A stretch of 64,000 nt of DNA from an uncultured Alphaproteobacteria bacterium (GTDB taxonomy: Bacteria; Pseudomonadota; Alphaproteobacteria; Rhizobiales; Xanthobacteraceae): contig CAWJJT010000009.1 of the NCBI GenBank assembly GCA_963843225.1, positions 62,916-126,915 on the forward strand, given 5' to 3'. How positions within the stretch are numbered: position 1 is the first letter of the stretch; each line of letters begins with the position of its first letter. Below are positions 60,622-64,000 of this stretch, in pieces. The notes below the pieces were generated by a model. That model was given only the letters and a program-made list of their open reading frames with translations. It searched no databases and had not been told where the DNA came from. Both the position numbers and the translations under genes were made by a program.

Positions 60622-61065
60622 ATGGCGATGAACATGGCAGGTTCGTCCGGCGGCGGCCGCCGCAGCCGGCGCAAGCCCGTGATGGCCGAGATCAACGTCA
60701 CGCCGATGGTGGACGTGATGCTGGTGTTGCTCATCATCTTCATGGTGTCGGCGCCGCTTCTGACGGTCGGCGTGCCGCTCGATCTGCCGCAGACCCAGGC
60801 CAAGAGCCTCGACCAGGACAAGAACCCGCTGACGCTGTCGGTCAATCTGAAGGGACAGGTCTTCCTCAACGACACCGAGATCGGGATCGAGGAACTGGTG
60901 CCGAAGCTGAAGGCGATCACGGATGCACGCGGCGGGCTGGACGAGCGTATTTTCGTCCGGGGTGACAAGAAAGTCGACTACGGTACCGTGATGAAGGTGA
61001 TGGGACGGCTGTCGCAAGCCGGCTTCAGGCGCGTCGCGCTGGTGACGGAAGTGGATCAGGGGTAG
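60622..61065 (+). CDS. tolR: Tol-Pal protein TolR
   Basis: EINVTPMVDVMLVLLIIFMV, RGDKKVDYG. Confidence 0.97.
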   Translation: MAMNMAGSSGGGRRSRRKPVMAEINVTPMVDVMLVLLIIFMVSAPLLTVGVPLDLPQTQAKSLDQDKNPLTLSVNLKGQVFLNDTEIGIEELVPKLKAITDARGGLDERIFVRGDKKVDYGTVMKVMGRLSQAGFRRVALVTEVDQG

Positions 61066-61073
61066 CTTCGAAG

Positions 61074-62018
61074 GTGAAGGTCGACAAGACAATCATTGCG
61101 TCGGTCGCACTCCACGTCCTCGTGCTCGGATGGGGGCTGGTTTCCTTTTCCGCGCGCTCGCTCGAAGCGCCGCCGCCGGAATCGATGCCCGTCGATATCA
61201 TTTCGGCCGATCAACTCTCCAAGATCACCGCCGGCATCAAGACCGGCGAAAAGGACAAGCCGAAGCCGATGGTCGAAAAGGTCGCCGACGCGACCCCGGT
61301 CGAGGACGCCGTCGGCAAGATCACCGAGAAGAAGGAAATCGTGACGGCGTCTGCCCCGGAGCCGCCGCCGCAGCCGGTGGAAAAGCCGGTGGAGAAGAAG
61401 CCCGACCCGCCGAAGCCGGTGGCCGAGGCCAAGCCGAAGGAAGAACCGAAGCAGGTCGAGAAGAAGCCCGATCCGCCCAAGGTCGATCCGATCGCGGAGG
61501 CGCTGAAATCGGAAGACGCCAAGAAGCCGCCGCCGAAGCCGCAAGCCAAGGCGGCGCCGCCGCAACCGCCGAAGCCGAAGCAGGAACGCACGTTCGATCA
61601 GTCCAAGATCGCGGCTCTGCTCGACAAGCGCGATCCGACCCGCCAGGCGATCACCGGCGCGGCGCTGAACTCCTCGGCCTCGCTCGGCACCACGCGCGGC
61701 ACCGCGGCCACCTTGTCGCAGTCCGAGCTTGACGCCATGCGCGCGCGGCTCGCGAGCCTGTGGAATGTCCAGCCCGGCGTCGAACATCCCGAAGAGCTCT
61801 ACGTCACGGTGCGGATCCGCCTGACCCCGGATCGCCGCCTCGCTGCGCCTCCGCAAGTGGTCTCGACCGGAAGCTCGCCGCGCTACCAGGCCGCGGCGGA
61901 TGCCGCCATTCGCGCGGTGCTGCAAGGCCAGCCCTACACGATGCTGCGCGACGAGACCTACGATCAGTGGAAATACATGGACATCGATTTCGACCCGAAG
62001 CAGATGTTCCACAGTTGA
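61074..62018 (+). CDS. tolA: Tol-Pal protein TolA
   Basis: SVALH TM motif, Pro/Lys/Glu-rich linker, TonB-like C-terminus ending FDP. Confidence 0.9.
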   Translation: MKVDKTIIASVALHVLVLGWGLVSFSARSLEAPPPESMPVDIISADQLSKITAGIKTGEKDKPKPMVEKVADATPVEDAVGKITEKKEIVTASAPEPPPQPVEKPVEKKPDPPKPVAEAKPKEEPKQVEKKPDPPKVDPIAEALKSEDAKKPPPKPQAKAAPPQPPKPKQERTFDQSKIAALLDKRDPTRQAITGAALNSSASLGTTRGTAATLSQSELDAMRARLASLWNVQPGVEHPEELYVTVRIRLTPDRRLAAPPQVVSTGSSPRYQAAADAAIRAVLQGQPYTMLRDETYDQWKYMDIDFDPKQMFHS

Positions 62019-62047
62019 TGATGTGATTTTTGGAAAATGAGCCCGCA

Positions 62048-63413
62048 ATGTCCGTGACGTCGTTTTCGCTGCCTCCGTTGCCGCTCTCCCGCCGTCACGT
62101 CCTGATCGGCGGCGCCGGTGCTGGCCGCGGGTTTGCTCTTGCCTTCGCTCGCGCGCGCCCAGACCAAATTGCAGATCACCGAAGGCAACGTCGCGCCGCT
62201 GCCGATCGCGATCCCCGATTTCGCGGCGGGCACGCCGTCGGACGGCGAGGTCGGCAACGGCGTCGCCCAGGTCATCACCAACAACCTCAAGCGCAGCGGA
62301 CTGTTCGCGCCGATCGATCAGGCGGCCTTCATCGAGAAGACGATCAACATCGACGCGGCGCCGCAATTCCAGAACTGGAAAACCATCAACGCCCAGGCCC
62401 TGGTCGTGGGCCGCATGACCCGCCAGGGCGACGGGCGTCTCAAGGCCGAATTCCGCCTGTGGGACGTCACCACCGGCCAGCCGCTCGATGGCCAGCAATA
62501 TTTCACTTCGCCGGAGTACTGGCGGCGGATCGCGCACATCATTTCCGACCGCATCTATGAGAAGCTGACCGGAGAGAAGGGCTATTTCGACAGCCGCGTG
62601 GTGTTCGTCGACGAAAGCGGCCCCTCGGAACGGCGCATCAAGCGGCTGGCGCTGATGGACCAGGACGGCGCCAACGTGCGCTATCTGACCCGCGGCAGCG
62701 ACCTCGTGCTGACGCCGCGCTTCTCGCCCTCGACCCAGGAAATCACCTATATGGAGTTCGGGCAGGGCGACCCGAAGGTCTATCTGCGCAACATCGAAAC
62801 CGGGCAGACCGAGATCGTCGGCAATTTCCCGGGCATGTCGTTCGCGCCGCGCTTTTCGCCGGACGGCCAGCGCGTGATCATGAGCCTGCAGCAGGGCGGC
62901 AATTCGAATCTGTTCGTGATGGATCTGCGCTCGAAGTCGACCACGCGCCTCACCGATACGCCGGCGATCGATACCTCGCCGTCCTATTCGCCCGACGGCA
63001 GCCGCATCTGTTTCGAGTCCGACCGCGGCGGCAAGCCGCAGATCTACGTGATGGCGGCGACCGGTGGTCCCGCGCAACGCATCTCCTTCAGCAAGGACGA
63101 CACCAACGGCAGCTACTCGACCCCGGTCTGGTCGCCGCGCGGCGACTACATCGCCTTCACCAAGCAGGGCGGCGGAGCGTTTTCGATCGGCATCATGAAG
63201 CCCGATGGCTCGGGCGAGCGGATTCTCACCTCGGGATTCCACAATGAAGGGCCGACGTTCGCGCCCAACGGCCGGGTGCTGATGTTCTTCCGCGATCCCG
63301 GCGGCAACAGCGGACCTTCGCTGTTCACGGTCGACATCACCGGACGCAACGAACTGAGGGTGCCGACCCCCGGCTTCGCGTCCGATCCGGCGTGGTCGCC
63401 GCTGCTGTCGTAA
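62048..63413 (+). CDS. tolB: Tol-Pal beta-propeller protein TolB (frameshift near 62115 in the signal region)
   Basis: [22 protein letters not shown]40 repeats ([25 protein letters not shown]). Confidence 0.96.
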
Positions 63414-63419
63414 ATCAGT

Positions 63420-64000
63420 CTAGGCCGCGATCTCGATATCGGCGTGTCGCGCCGACGCACAGTCGCGCAGCAGGCCGCTGAAATAGCCGTGTGTGACATG
63501 CGCGAGCCGCGGGTAGGGATCCCGCGTCATCAACAGCCGATGGAGTTCGCCGAGCCGGAAGCAGGGCACGCCGGGAAACAGGTGATGCTCGAGATGATAG
63601 TTCAATCCCCATGGAGCGATCAGCCACAGCTCCCAGAACGGAGCCATGACGGTACGGCTTTCGTTCAGCACGTTCTCGTGCTCCACCGCGTAGTGCTCGG
63701 CAACGCTGCGGATATACCGAATAGCCAGGAAGACCGTCATGAGCGGGACGATCCAGTAAAGCAGAAGCAGTTTCCAGAAGCCCAGCACGATCGATGAAAC
63801 CAGAAGCGCGGCAAAGAAGAACAAGCGCGCGCGGGCCACCGAGGCGGCGATGTCGCGCGTTTCCTTGTTCTTGTGGAATCCGGTTACGGCGCTGAGGGTC
63901 TTCAGGCCGAGCAGATACTGCATGGTGCGCATCAGGACGCTGCCGCGCGTCGCCGGAAATTCGTATTCCTTCAGTCCGAGGTTTCGCTGCCAGTCGGGAT
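63420..64000 (-). CDS. Fatty acid desaturase family protein, C-terminal part (runs off window end)
   Basis: RSVAEH, NYHLEHHLFPGVP His box, TM segments. Confidence 0.85.
   Translation of the reverse strand, partial: PDWQRNLGLKEYEFPATRGSVLMRTMQYLLGLKTLSAVTGFHKNKETRDIAASVARARLFFFAALLVSSIVLGFWKLLLLYWIVPLMTVFLAIRYIRSVAEHYAVEHENVLNESRTVMAPFWELWLIAPWGLNYHLEHHLFPGVPCFRLGELHRLLMTRDPYPRLAHVTHGYFSGLLRDCASARHADIEIAA

Noticed and set aside
61350-61590. Repetitive AAGCCG/CCGCCG tract
   Set aside because: Ordinary Pro/Lys/Glu-rich TolA linker coding sequence

Overview
High-GC alphaproteobacterial chromosome segment; gene content and intergenic repeats look like Bradyrhizobium or a close relative. The conserved backbone is motA-like ... 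suhB, Sel1, thiE-like, two aldolases, pgk, gap and tkt on the minus strand; then DUF4164, zapA, 6S RNA, 5-FTHF cyclo-ligase and a YmdB-like gene; then yebC-ruvCAB-ybgC; then tolQRAB. Three accessory blocks interrupt it (~0.4-14.7 kb, ~27.1-43.5 kb, ~47.2-59.6 kb). About 30 apparent small indels break reading frames, including in housekeeping genes (tkt, ruvA, tolB, zapA), which points to uncorrected long-read consensus errors rather than true pseudogenes. Best signals: (1) five copies of an exact TGTCG-N16-TTCGTC promoter defining a local ECF42-type sigma-factor regulon; (2) a ~430-nt non-coding element with GNRA-capped, G-U-containing stems that looks like a large structured RNA or repeat; (3) a tandem pair of soluble chemoreceptors with the putative sensor domain at the C-terminus, one with an inserted PilZ domain; (4) a TetR/DUF2852 module with a shared 19-bp palindromic operator; (5) a truncated GcrA paralog, an orphan ABC substrate-binding gene with a decayed copy beside it, and an SBP56 plus His-motif membrane protein pair. 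I saw no tRNA, rRNA, CRISPR array, integrase or transposase. All family calls come from motif recognition by eye, not database searches.
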